In this document: piece by piece, positions 1 to 12,500 of the stretch
How the letters are laid out: each line of letters begins with the position of its first letter
Numbering within the stretch: position 1 is the first letter of the stretch
Made by a program: the position numbers and the translations under genes
Notes under the pieces: generated by a model
What the model was told of the DNA's origin: nothing
The model's input: the letters and a program-made list of their open reading frames with translations, nothing else
The model's database searches: none
DNA from: the human T2T-CHM13v2.0 reference genome, Homo sapiens
Length of the DNA stretch: 64,000 nt
Direction: 5' to 3' (one strand)
NCBI RefSeq assembly: GCF_009914755.1
Contig: NC_060926.1

Positions 1-194
1 GGAATCATTGAATGGACTTGAAAGGAATTATTACGGAATGGAATTGAATGGAATCATTGAATGGACTTGAAAGGAATCATCATCAAGTAGAATCGAATGG
101 AATCGTTGAATGGACTCGAATTGAATCTTTGAATGGAATCGAATGGAATCATCATTGAATGGAGTCAAATGGAATCATCATCAAATGGAATTGA
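1..194 (+). repeat. 3' tail of a preceding unit, D-type by markers
   Basis: Carries ATTACGGAATG (~30) and CAAGTAGAATC (~84). These variants are otherwise seen only at the ends of D units (~27401/27455, ~32072/32126, ~43206/43260). Confidence 0.75.
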
Positions 195-2109
195 ATGGAA
201 TCTTCATTGAATGGACTCGAATGGAATCATCATCAAATGGAATCTAATCGAATCATCAGTGAAGGGAATCGAATGGAATCATCATCGAATGGAATCGAAT
301 GGAATCATCAACAAGTGGAAACGAATGAAATCATCGAATGGAATCCAATGGTGTCATCGAATGGACACGAAAGGAATCATCGAATGGAATCAAATGGAAT
401 CACCATCAAATGGAATCGAATGGAATCACCATCGAATGGAATGTTATGAAATCATCTCATGGACTCGAAGGGAATCATCATCGAATGGAATCGAATGGAA
501 TCATTGAATGAAATGGAAAGGAATCACCATCGAATGGAATCTTATGGAATCTTCTAATGGACTCGAAGGGAATCATCATCGAATGGAATCGAATGGAATC
601 ATTGAATGCAATTGAATGGAATCATCATCAAATGGAATCGAATGGAATCATCGAATGGAATCTGAATGGAATCATGAATGAATGGAATCAAATGGAATCA
701 TCTAATGGACGTGAAAGGAATCATCATCGAAAGCAATGAAATGTAATTCAATCGAATGGACATGAATGGAATCATCATTGAATGGAATCAAATGGAATCC
801 TCATCGAATGGAATCGAATGGAATCATCAAATGGAATAGAATGGAGTCATCGTCGAATGTAATCGAATGTAATCATCGAATGGCATCGAATGGAATCATC
901 GACTGGAAAAGAATGGAATCATCATCGAATGGAAATGAATAGAATCACAGAATGAAATCGAATAGAATCATCATCGAATGGAGTCTAATGGAATAATCAT
1001 CGAATGGAATAGAATGGAATCATCGAGTGGACACAAATGGAATCATCATTGAATGGAATCGAATAGAATCATCAAATGGACTTGAATGGAAACAACATCG
1101 AATGGAATCGAATTTAGTCATTGAATTGCATTGAGTGGAATCATAATTGAATGGAATCTAAGGAAATCATCGAATGGACTGGAGTGGAATCATCGAATGG
1201 ACTCGAGGGGAATCATCATCGAATGGAATCGACTGTAATCATCGATTGGACTCGAATGGAATCATCATTGAATGGAATCGAATGGAATCAATTAATGGAC
1301 TCGAATAGAATCATCATCGAATGGAATCGAATGGAATCAAAGAATGGACTCTAATGGAGTCATCATCAAATGGAATCTAATGGAATCATCTAATGGACCT
1401 GAAAGGAATCATCATTGAATGGAATCGAATGGAATCATCGAATGGACTCGAATGGAATCATCATCGAATAGAATCTAATGGAATCATTGAATGGACTCGA
1501 ATGGAATAATCGAATGGGCTTGAGTGGAATCATCATCAAATGGAATCGAATGGAATCATCAAATGGACTCGAATGGAATCATCGTCAAATGGAATCGAAT
1601 GGAATCATCATCAAAGGGAATCGAATGGAATCCTCATCGAATGGAATCGAACGGAATCATCATCGAATGGAATCACCAAATTGAATCGAATGCAATGATC
1701 ATCAAAGACAATCGAAGGGAAACATCGAATGGGATTGAACGGAGTCATCGAATGGAATCGATAGGAATCATCGAATGGATTCAAATGGAATCATCATTGA
1801 ATGGAAACGAACGGAATCATCGAATGGACACGAATGGAATCATCATCAAATAGGATTGAATGGAATCATCAAATGGACTCGAATGGAATCCTCATTGAAT
1901 GGAATCGAATGGAATCATTGAATGGAGTCCAATGGAATCATCAGCAAATGGAATCTAATGGAATCATTGAATATCAACGAATGGAATCATCATCGAATGG
2001 AGTCGAATGGAATCGTCAAATGAACTCGAATGCAATCATCATAGAATGGAATCGAATGGAATCTTTGAATGGAAATGAATGGAATCATCATCGTATGCAA
2101 ACGAACGGA

Positions 2110-2310
2110 ATCATCATCAAAAGGAATCACGTGGAATCGTCAAATGGAAAAGAATTGAATAATCATAGAAAGAAATTGAATAGAATCATCGAATGAAACC
2201 GAATGGAATCATCATCAAAAGGAATCACATGGAATCGTCAAATGGAAAAGAATTGAATAATCATAGAAAGGAATTGAATAGAATCATCGAATGAAACCGA
2301 ATAGAATCAT
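2110..2310 (+). repeat. 98-bp internal tandem duplication (present in A and C units, absent from B and D)
   Basis: GGAATCA(C/T)..TGGAATCGTCAAATGGAAAAGAATTGAATAATCAT occurs at 2123 and 2221; also 18503/18601, 34335/34433, 45469/45567 and 61814/61912. Confidence 0.88.
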
Positions 2311-3749
2311 CATCGAATGGAATCGAATTGAATCATCATCGAATGAATCGAATGGAATCACCAACGAATGGAATTCAAAGGAATCATCATCGAATGGAAC
2401 CAAATAGAATCATCAAATGGACTCGAAAGGAATCATCGAATGGACTCGAATGGAGTTGTCATCGAATGGAATCAAATGGAATCATCGAACAGATTTGAAT
2501 CGAATCATCATTGAATGAAATCAAATGGAATCATCGAATGGAATCGAATGGAAGCAATATCAAATGGAATCGAAATGAATCATGGAATGCATTCAAAGGG
2601 AATAATCAAATGGACTCAAATGGAATCAACATCAAGTGGAATCGAAAGGTATCATCGAATGGACCGGAATGGAATCATCATCGAATGGAATGGAATGGAA
2701 TTATCGAATGGACTTGAATGGAATCACTATCTAATGGAACCGAATGGAATCATCATGGAATGGAACCGGAAGGAGTCATCATCAAATGGAATCCAATGAC
2801 ATCATTGAATGGACTCGAATGGAATCATCATCAACTGGAATTGAATGGAATCATCGAACGGACTCCAGTGGAATCATCGGAGAATGGAATCGAATGGAAT
2901 TATCAAACGGACTCGAATGGAATAAACTTTGAATGGAATCGAAGGGAATCATCAAATGGAATCGAATGCAATCATCGAACGGAATCGAAAGCCATCACCG
3001 AATGGAATCCAATGGAATCACCATTGAATGGACTCGAATGGAATCATCATTGAATGGAATCTAATGGAGTCATCGAATGGACTCGAATGGAATCATCATC
3101 TATGGGAATCAAATGGAATCATCGAATGGAATCGAAAGGAATAATCATCAACTGTAATGAACTGGAATCACTGAATGAAATCGAATGGAATCATCATCAA
3201 AAATAATCGAATAGAATAATCAAATGGAATCAAATGCAATCAACATCAAATGGAATCGAATGGAATCCTAGAATGACATCGAATGGAATCCTCATCGAAT
3301 GGAATCAAAGGGAATCAATATCGAATGGAATCGAAAGCAATCACTGAATGGACTTGAATACAATCATCAAATGGATTTGAAGGGAATCCTCATTGAATGG
3401 AATAGAACAAAAACATTGAATGGACACGAATGGAATCATCATCGAATGGAAACAAATGGAGTCATCGAATGGACACGAATGAATGAACAAATGGACTCGA
3501 ATGGAAACATCAAATAGAATCGAATGGAATCATCGAAAGGAATTGAATGGAATGATTGAATGGACTCGAATGGAATCATCTAATGGACACGAATGGAATA
3601 ATCATAAAATGGAATCGAATGGAATCATCAAATGGACTCGAATGAATGGAATTATTGAATGGACTCGAATGGAATCATCGAATGGACTCAAATGGAATCA
3701 TCATCAAGTGGAATCGAATGGAATCATCGAATGGATTCGAATGGAATCA

Positions 3750-3890
3750 TCAAATGGAATAAAACCGAATCGTCATCGAATGGAATCGAATGGAATCATC
3801 GAATGGAATTGAAGGGAATCATCACATGGAATCAAACCGAATCGTCATCGAATGGAATCGAATGGAATCATCGAATGGAATTGAAGGCAA
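3750..3890 (+). repeat. 72-bp internal tandem duplication specific to A units
   Basis: CCGAATCGTCATCGAATGG...GGAATTGAAGG occurs at 3765 and 3837; also 47111/47183. Single copy in C units (~20237, ~63548). Confidence 0.85.
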
Positions 3891-4962
3891 TCATCATCGA
3901 ATGGAATCGAATGGAATCATCATCAAATGGAATCAAGCAGAAGGAATCATCAAATGGAATCATTGTTGAATGGAATGGAATGGAATCATTGAATGGAATT
4001 GAATGGGATCACCAATGAACGGAATCAAATGGAATCATCTTCTAATGGAATGGAAAGGAATCATCAAATACACTCGAATGGAATCATCATCGAATGGAAT
4101 CGTGTGGAATCGTCGAATGAACTGGAAATGAATCCTAATCAAATGCAATTAAAATGAATCATCATCGAAAGGAATCACATGGAATCATCATCGAATGGAA
4201 TCATACGGAAACATCACAGAATGGAATTGAATGGAATCATCAGTTGGACTCGAATGGAATCATCAAATGTACTCGAAGGGACGCGTCAAATGGACTCGAA
4301 CGGAATCATCATCGAATGGAATCGAATGGGTTCATCGAAAGAACTCGAATCAAATCTTCAAAAGGACTCAAAGGGAATCATTGTAGAATGGAAATGAATA
4401 GAGTCATCAGACAGCCTCGAATGGAAACATCATTGAATGGAATTGATTGGAAACATCGAATTCACTCGAATGGAATCATCATCTGATGGAATTCAATGGA
4501 ATCATCGAATGGACACAAATGGAATCATCATCAAATGGAATCCATTGGAACGATCGAATGGAATCGCATGGAATTATCAAATGGAATCGAATGGAATCAT
4601 CTTTGAATGGAATCAAATGGAATCATCGAATGGAATCGAATGCAATCATCATTGAATGGAATCGAATGGAATCATCGAATGGTATCCAAAGGAATCACCA
4701 TTGAATGCCCTCGGATGGAATCATCATCATATAGAGTAGAAAGGAATTATTGAATGGACTCGAATGGAACCATCATTGAATGGAATCACCAAATGGAATC
4801 AAACGGAATCATCATCAAATGAAATCAAACGGAATCATCAAATGGAATCGAATGGAATCATCATTGAATGGATTCGAATAGAATCTTTGAATGAAATTGA
4901 ATGGAAGCAGCATGAAATGGAATCTAAACGAATCACAGAATGGTATCGAATGGAATCATCAT

Positions 4963-5012
4963 GGAATGGAATGGAATGGAATGGAATGGAATGGAATGGA
5001 ATGGAATGGAAT
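4963..5012 (+). repeat. Pure (GGAAT)10 pentanucleotide tract
   Basis: Direct count of ten perfect GGAAT units. Confidence 0.93.
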
Positions 5013-6532
5013 CAGCATCGAATGGAATCAAAAGCAATCATTCCATGGACTCTAATAGAATCATCGAATAGACTTGAATGTAATCATCATCGAATGGAGA
5101 AGAATGGAATCATCCAATGGACACGAATGGAATCATCCTCGAATGGAATCGAATGGAATCATATAATGGACCCGAATGGAATCATCATTGAATGGAATAG
5201 AATGGAATCGTCATCGAATGGAATCGTATGGAATCATCTAATGGACCCGAATGGAATCATCGTCGAATTGAATAGAGTGCAATCATCATCAAATGGAATC
5301 GAATGGAATCATCATCAAATAGAATCGAATGGAATCATCAAATGGAATCGAATGGAGTCATTGTCTAATGCAATCGAATGAAATCATAGAATGGAATCCC
5401 ATGGAATCAACATCGAATGGAATCGATTGGAATCATTATCAAATAGAATTGAATGGAATCACTGAATGGAATCATCATCAAATGGACTCCAACGGAATCA
5501 TCGAATTGACTCTAATGGAATCATCACTGAATGGAATAGAATGGAATAATCAAATGGAAACGAATGGAATCATCATCGAATGGAATCGAATGGTATCATC
5601 AAATGCACTTGAATGGAATCATCAATGAATGCAATCAAATGGTATAATCGAATGGAATCAAATGGAATCATCTTCGAGTGGAACAGAAAGGAATCGCCAA
5701 ATGGACTCCAATGGAATAATCATCGTATGGAATCGAGTGGAATCATCGAATGTACTCGAATGGAATCATCGAATGTACTCGAATGGAATCATCGAATGGA
5801 ATCGAATGGAATCATGGTCGAACGGAAAAGAATGGAATCATCAAGTGGACACGAATGGAATCAACATCTAATGGAATGGAATGGAATCATCAAATGGAAT
5901 GGAATGGAATCATCATCGAATGGAATAAAATGGAATCATCAAATGGAATCAAATGGAATCATCAATGAATGGAATCGAATGGTATCATGGAATGGAATTG
6001 AATGGAATCGTCTTTGAGTGGAATCTAAAGGAATCACCGAATGGACTCCAATCATCAGATGGAATCGAGTGGAATCATCGAATGTAGTCGAATGCAATCA
6101 TCATCGAATGGAATTGAATGGAATCAACGAATGGAATATAAAGGAATTATAGAATGGACTCGAATGGAATCATCATTGAATGGAATGAAATGGAATCATC
6201 ATGGAATGGAATTGAATGGAATCATCGAATGGACTCGAAAGGGATTATGCTCGAATGGAATCTAATGGAATCATCAAATGGACTCAAATGGAATCATCAT
6301 CGAATGAAATCGTATGGAATCATCGAATGCAACTGAATGGAATCATTGAATGGACTTGAAAGGAATTATTATGGAATGGAATTGAATGGAATCATTGAAT
6401 GGACTTGAAAGGAATCATCATCAAGTGGAATCGAATGGAATCGTTGAATGGACTCGAATTGAATCTTTGAATGGAATCGAATGGAATCATCATTGAATGG
6501 AGTCAAATGGAATCATCATCAAATGGAATTGA

Positions 6533-9500
6533 ATGGAATCTTCATTGAATGGACTCGAATGGAATCATCATCAAATGGAATCTAATCGAATCATCAATGA
6601 AGGGAATCGAATGGAATCATCATCGAATGGAATCGAGTGGAATCATCAACAAGTGGAAACGAATGAAATCATCGAATGGAATCCAATGGTGTCATCGAAT
6701 GGACACGAAAGGAATCATCGAATGGAATCAAATGGAATCACCATCGAATGGAATCAAATGGAATCACCATCGAATGGAATGTTATGAAATCATCTCATGG
6801 ACTCGAAGGGAATCATCATCGAATGGAATCGATTGGAATCATTGAATGAAATGGAAAGGAATCACCATCGAATGGAATGTTATGGAATCTTCTAATGGAC
6901 TCGAAGGGAATCATCATCGAATGGAATCGAATGGAATCATTGAATGCAATTGAATGGAATCATCATCAAATGGAATCGAATGGAATCATCGAATGGAATC
7001 TGAATGGAATCATCAATGAATGGAATCAAATGGAATCATCTAATGGACGTGAATGGAATCATCTTCGAAAACAATGAAATGTAATTCAATCGAATGGACA
7101 TGAATGGAATCATCATTGAATGGAATCAAATGGAATCCTCATCGAATGGAATCGAATGGAATCATCAAATGGAATAGAATGGAGTCATCGTCGAATGTAA
7201 TCGAATGTAATCATCGAATGGCATTGAATGGAATCATCGACTGGAAAAGAATGGAATCATCATCGAATGGAAATGAATAGAATCACAGAATGAAATCGAA
7301 TGGAATCATCATCGAATGGAGTCTAATAGAATAATCATCGAATGGAATAGAATGGAATCATCGAGTGGACACGAATGGAATCATCATTGAATGGAATCGA
7401 ATAGAATCATCAAATGGACTTGAATGGAAACAACATCGAATGGAATCGAATTTAGTCATTGAATTGCATTGAGTGGAATCATAATTGAATGGAATCTAAG
7501 GAAATCATCGAATGGACTGGAGTGGAATCATCGAATGGACTCGAGGGGAATCATCATCGAATGGAATCGACTGTAATCATCGATTGGACTCGAATGGAAT
7601 CATCATTGAATGGAATCGAATGGAATCAACGAATGGACTCGAATAGAATCATCATCGATTGGAATCGAATGGAATCAAAGAATGGACTCTAATGGAGTCA
7701 TCATCAAATGGAATCTAATGGAATCATCTAATGGACCTGAAAGTAATCATCATTGAATGGAATCGAATGGAATCATCGAATGGACTCGAATGGAATCATC
7801 ATCGAATGGAATCTAATGGAATCATTGAATGGACTCGAATGGAATAATCGAATGGGCTTGAGTGGAATCATCATCAAATGGAATCGAATGGAATCATCAA
7901 ATGGACTCGAATGGAATCATCGTCAAATGGAATCGAATGGAATCATCATCAAAGGGAATCGAATGGAATCCTCATCGAATGGAATCGAACGGAATCATCA
8001 TCGAATGGAATCACCAAATTGAATCGAATGGAATGATCGTCAAAGACAATCGAAGGGAAACATCGAATGGGATTGAACGGAGTCATCGAATGGAATCGAT
8101 AGGAATCATCGAATGGATTCAAATGGAATCATCATCGAATGGAAACGAACGGAATCATCGAATGGACACGAATGGAATCATCATCAAATAGGATTGAATG
8201 GAATCATCAAATGGCATCGAATGGAATCACCATTGAATGGAATCGAATGGAATCATCGAATGGCATCGAATGGAATCATCATCGAATAAAATCAAATGGA
8301 ATAATAGAATGTACTCGAATGGAATCATCAAATGGATTTGAGAGGAATCATCATCGAATGGAATTGAACAGAATCATCAACTGGACTCGAATGGAATCCT
8401 CATTGAATGGAATCGAATGGAATCATTGAATGGAGTCGAATGGAATCATCAGCAAATGGAATCGAATGGAATCATTGAATATCAACGAATGGAATCATCA
8501 TCGAATGGAGTCGAATGGAATCATCAAACGAACTCGAATGCAATCATCATAGAATGGAATCGAATGGAATCTTTGAATGGACCTGAATGGAATCATCATC
8601 GAATGCAAACGAATGGAATCATCATCAAATGGAATCACATGGAATCATCAAATGGAAAAGAATTGAATAATCATAGAAAGGAATTGAATAGAATCATCGA
8701 ATGAAACCGAATGGAATCATCATCGAATGGAATCGAATGGAATCATCAACAAGTGGAAACGAATGAAATCATCGAATGGAATCGAATGGTGTCATCGAAT
8801 GGACACGAAAGGAATCATCGAATGGAATCAAATGGAATCACCATCGAATGAAATCAAATGGAATCACCATCGAATGGAATGTTATGAAATCATCTCATGG
8901 ACTCGAAGGGAATCATCATCGAATGGAATCGAATGTAATCATTGAATGAAATGGAAAGGAATCACCATCGAATGGAATGTTATGGAATCTTCTAATGGAC
9001 TCGAAGGGAATCATCATCGAATGGAATCGAATGGAATCATTGAATGCAATTGAATGGAATCATCATCAAATGGAATCGAATGGAATCATCGAATGGAATC
9101 TGAATGGAGTCATGAATGAATGGAATCAAATGGAATCATCGAGTGGACAGGAATGGAATCATCATCGAAAGCAATGAAATGTAATTCAATCGAATGGACA
9201 TGAATGGAATCATCATTGAATGGAATCAAATGGAATCCTCATCGAATGGAATCGAATGGAATCATCAAATGGAATAGAATGGAGTCATCGTCGAATGTAA
9301 TCGAATGTAATCATCGAATGGCATCGAATGGAATCATCGACTGGAAAAGAATGGAATCATCATCGAATGGAAATGAATAGAATCACAGAATGAAATCGAA
9401 TGGAATCATCATCGAATGGAGTCTAATGGAATAATCATCGAATGGAATAGAATGGAATCATCGAGTGGACAGGAATGGAATCATCATTGAATGGAATCGA

Positions 9501-12500
9501 ATAGAATCATCAAATGGACTTGAATGGAACAACATCGAATGGAATCGAATTTAGTCATTGAATGGCATTGAGTGGAATCATCATTGAATGGAATCTAAGG
9601 AAATCATCGAATGGACTGGAGTGGAATCATCGAATGGACAAGAGGGGAATCATCATCGAATGGAATCTAATGGAATCATTGAATGGACTCGAATGGAATA
9701 ATCGAATGGGCTTGAGTGGAATCATCATCAAATGGAATCGAATGGAACCATCAAATGGACTTGAATGGAAACAACATCGAATGGAATCGAATTTAGTCAT
9801 TGAATTGCATTGAGTGGAATCATCACTGAATGGAATCTAAGGAAATCATCGAACGGACTCGAGTGGAATCATCGAATGGACTCGAGGGGAATCATCATCG
9901 AATGGAATCGACTGTAATCATCGATTGGACTCAAATGGAATCATCATTGAATGGAATCAAATGGAATCAACGAATGGACTCGAATAGAATCATCATCGAA
10001 TGGAATCGAATGGAATCAAAGAATAGACTCTAATGGAATCATCATCAAATGGAATCTAATGGAATCATCTAATGGACCTGAAAGGAATCATCATTGAATG
10101 GAATCGAATGGAATCATCGAATGGACTCGAATGGAATCATCATCGAAGGGAATCTAATGGAATCATTGAATGGACTCGAATGGAATAATCGAATGGGCTT
10201 GAGTGGAATCATCATCAAATGGAATCGAATGGAATCATCAAATGGACTCGAATGGAATCATCGTTAAATGGAATCGAATGGAATCATCATCAAAAGGAAT
10301 CGAATGGAATCCTCATCGAATGGAATCGAACGGAATCATCATCGAATGGAATCACCAAATTGAATCGAATGGAATGATCGTCAAAGACAATCGAAGGTAA
10401 ACATCGAATGGGATTGAACGGAGTCATCGAATGGAATCGATAGGAATCATCGAATGGATTCAAATGGAATCATCATCGAATGGAAACGAACGGAATCATC
10501 GAATGGACACGAATGGAATCATCATCAAATAGGATTGAATGGAATCATCAAATGGCATCGAATGGAATCACCATTGAATGGAATCGAATGGAATCATCGA
10601 ATGGCATCGAATGGAATCATCATCGAATAAAATCAAATGGAATAATCGAATGTACTCGAATGGAATCATCAAATGGATTTGAGAGGAATCATCATCGAAT
10701 GGAATTGAACAGAATCATCAAATGGACTCGAATGGAATCCTCATTGAATGGAATCGAATGGAATCATTCAATGGAGTCGAATGGAATCATCAGCAAATGG
10801 AATCGAAAGGAATCATTGAATATCAACGAATGGAATCATCATCGAATGGAGTCGAATGGAATCATCAAACGAACTCGAATGCAATCATCATAGAATGGAA
10901 TCGAATGGAATCTTTGAATGGACCTGAATGGAATCATCATCGAATGCAAACGAATGGAATCATCATCAAATGGAATCACATGGAATCATCAAATGGAAAA
11001 GAATTGAATAATCATAGAAAGGAATTGAATAGAATCATCGAATGAAACCGAATGGAATCATCATCGAATGGAATCGAATGGAATCATCACCGAATGCAAT
11101 TGAATGGAATCATCATTGAATGGAATCGAATGGAATCATCATCGATTGGAATCAAATGGAATCATCGAATGGAATCGAAAGGAATCATCATCAACTGTAA
11201 TGAACTGGAATCACTGAATGGAATCGAATGGAATCGTCATCAAAAATAATCGAATAGAATAATCAAATGGAATCAAATGCAATCAACATCAAATGGAATC
11301 GAATGGAATCCTAGAATGACATCGAATGGAATCCTCATCGAATGGAATCAAAGGGAATCAATATCGAATGGAATCGAAAGCAATCACTGAATGGACTTGA
11401 ATACAATCATCAAATGGATTTGAAGGGAATCCTCATTGAATGGAACAGAACAAAAACATTGAATGGACACGAATGGAATCATCATCGAATGGAATCAAAT
11501 GGAGTCATCAAATGGACTCGAATGGAATCATCATCAAATGGGATCATCATCAAATGGAATCGAATGGAGTCATCGAATGGACACGAATGAATGAACAAAT
11601 GGACTCGAATGGAAACATCACATAGAATCGAATGGAATCATCCAAAGGAATTGAATGGAATGATTGAATGGACTCGAATGGAATCATCTAATGGACACGA
11701 ATGGAATAATCATAAAATGGTATCGAATGGAATCATCAAATGGACTCGAATGAATGGAATCATTGAATGGACTCGAATGGAATCATCGAATGGACTCAAA
11801 TGGAATCATCATCAAATGGAATCGAATGGAATTGATAGGAATCATCGAATGGATTCAAATGGAATCATCATCGAATGGAAACGAACGGAATCATCGAATG
11901 GACACGAATGGAATCATCATCAAATAGGATTGAATGGAATCATCAAATGGCATCGAATGGAATCACCATTGAATGGAATCGAATGGAATCATCGAATGGC
12001 ATCGAATGGAATCATCATCGAATAAAATCAAATGGAATAATCGAATGTACTCGAATGGAATCATCAAATGGATTTGAGAGGAATCATCATCGAATGGAAT
12101 TGAACAGAATCATCAAATGGACTCGAATGGAATCCTCATTGAATGGAATCGAATGGAATCATTGAATGGAGTCGAATGGAATCATCAGCAAATGGAATCG
12201 AATGGAATCATTGAATATCAACGAATGGAATCATCATCGAATGCAGTCGAATGGAATCATCCAATGAACTCGAATGCAATCATCATAGAATGGAATCGAA
12301 TAGAATCTTTGAATGGACCTGAATGGAATCATCATCGAATGCAAACGAATGGAATCATCATCAAATGGAATCACATGGAATCATCAAATGGAAAAGAATT
12401 GAATAATCATAGAAAGGAATTGAATAGAGTCATCGAATGAAACCGAATGGAATCATCATCGAATGGAATCGAATGGAATCATCATCGAATGCAATTGAAT

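Larger units (their letters stand above)
195..6532 (+). repeat. Higher-order unit U1, variant A (6,338 bp; private 170-bp deletion near 1870)
   Basis: Unit phase is set arbitrarily at the landmark ATGGAATCTTCATTGAAT (ORF starts 195, 6533, 16405, 22895, 27566, 32237, 38700, 43371, 49894, 59716). A-markers: CATCAGTGAAG, 98-bp and 72-bp internal duplications, long GGAAT tract. Confidence 0.9.

Noticed and set aside
2128-2133. CACGTG E-box, also at ~61819
   Set aside because: A single-base variant of CACATG in two of the copies. It is explained by mutation or conversion, with no evidence of regulatory function.
4764-5381. Longest ORFs (205 aa here; 210 aa at 48110-48742)
   Set aside because: The frame stays open only because the GGAAT tract has 10 or 13 units. 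It is broken in B, C and D units. No domain or coding-like composition.
195-6532. Assignment to a specific chromosome or subfamily (e.g. the chr16 HSat2B array, reported with a roughly 6-kb unit)
   Set aside because: The unit size here (~6.3-6.5 kb) is only broadly similar and is unlike the ~1.8-kb chr1 period. Assignment needs a k-mer or alignment search that I cannot run.
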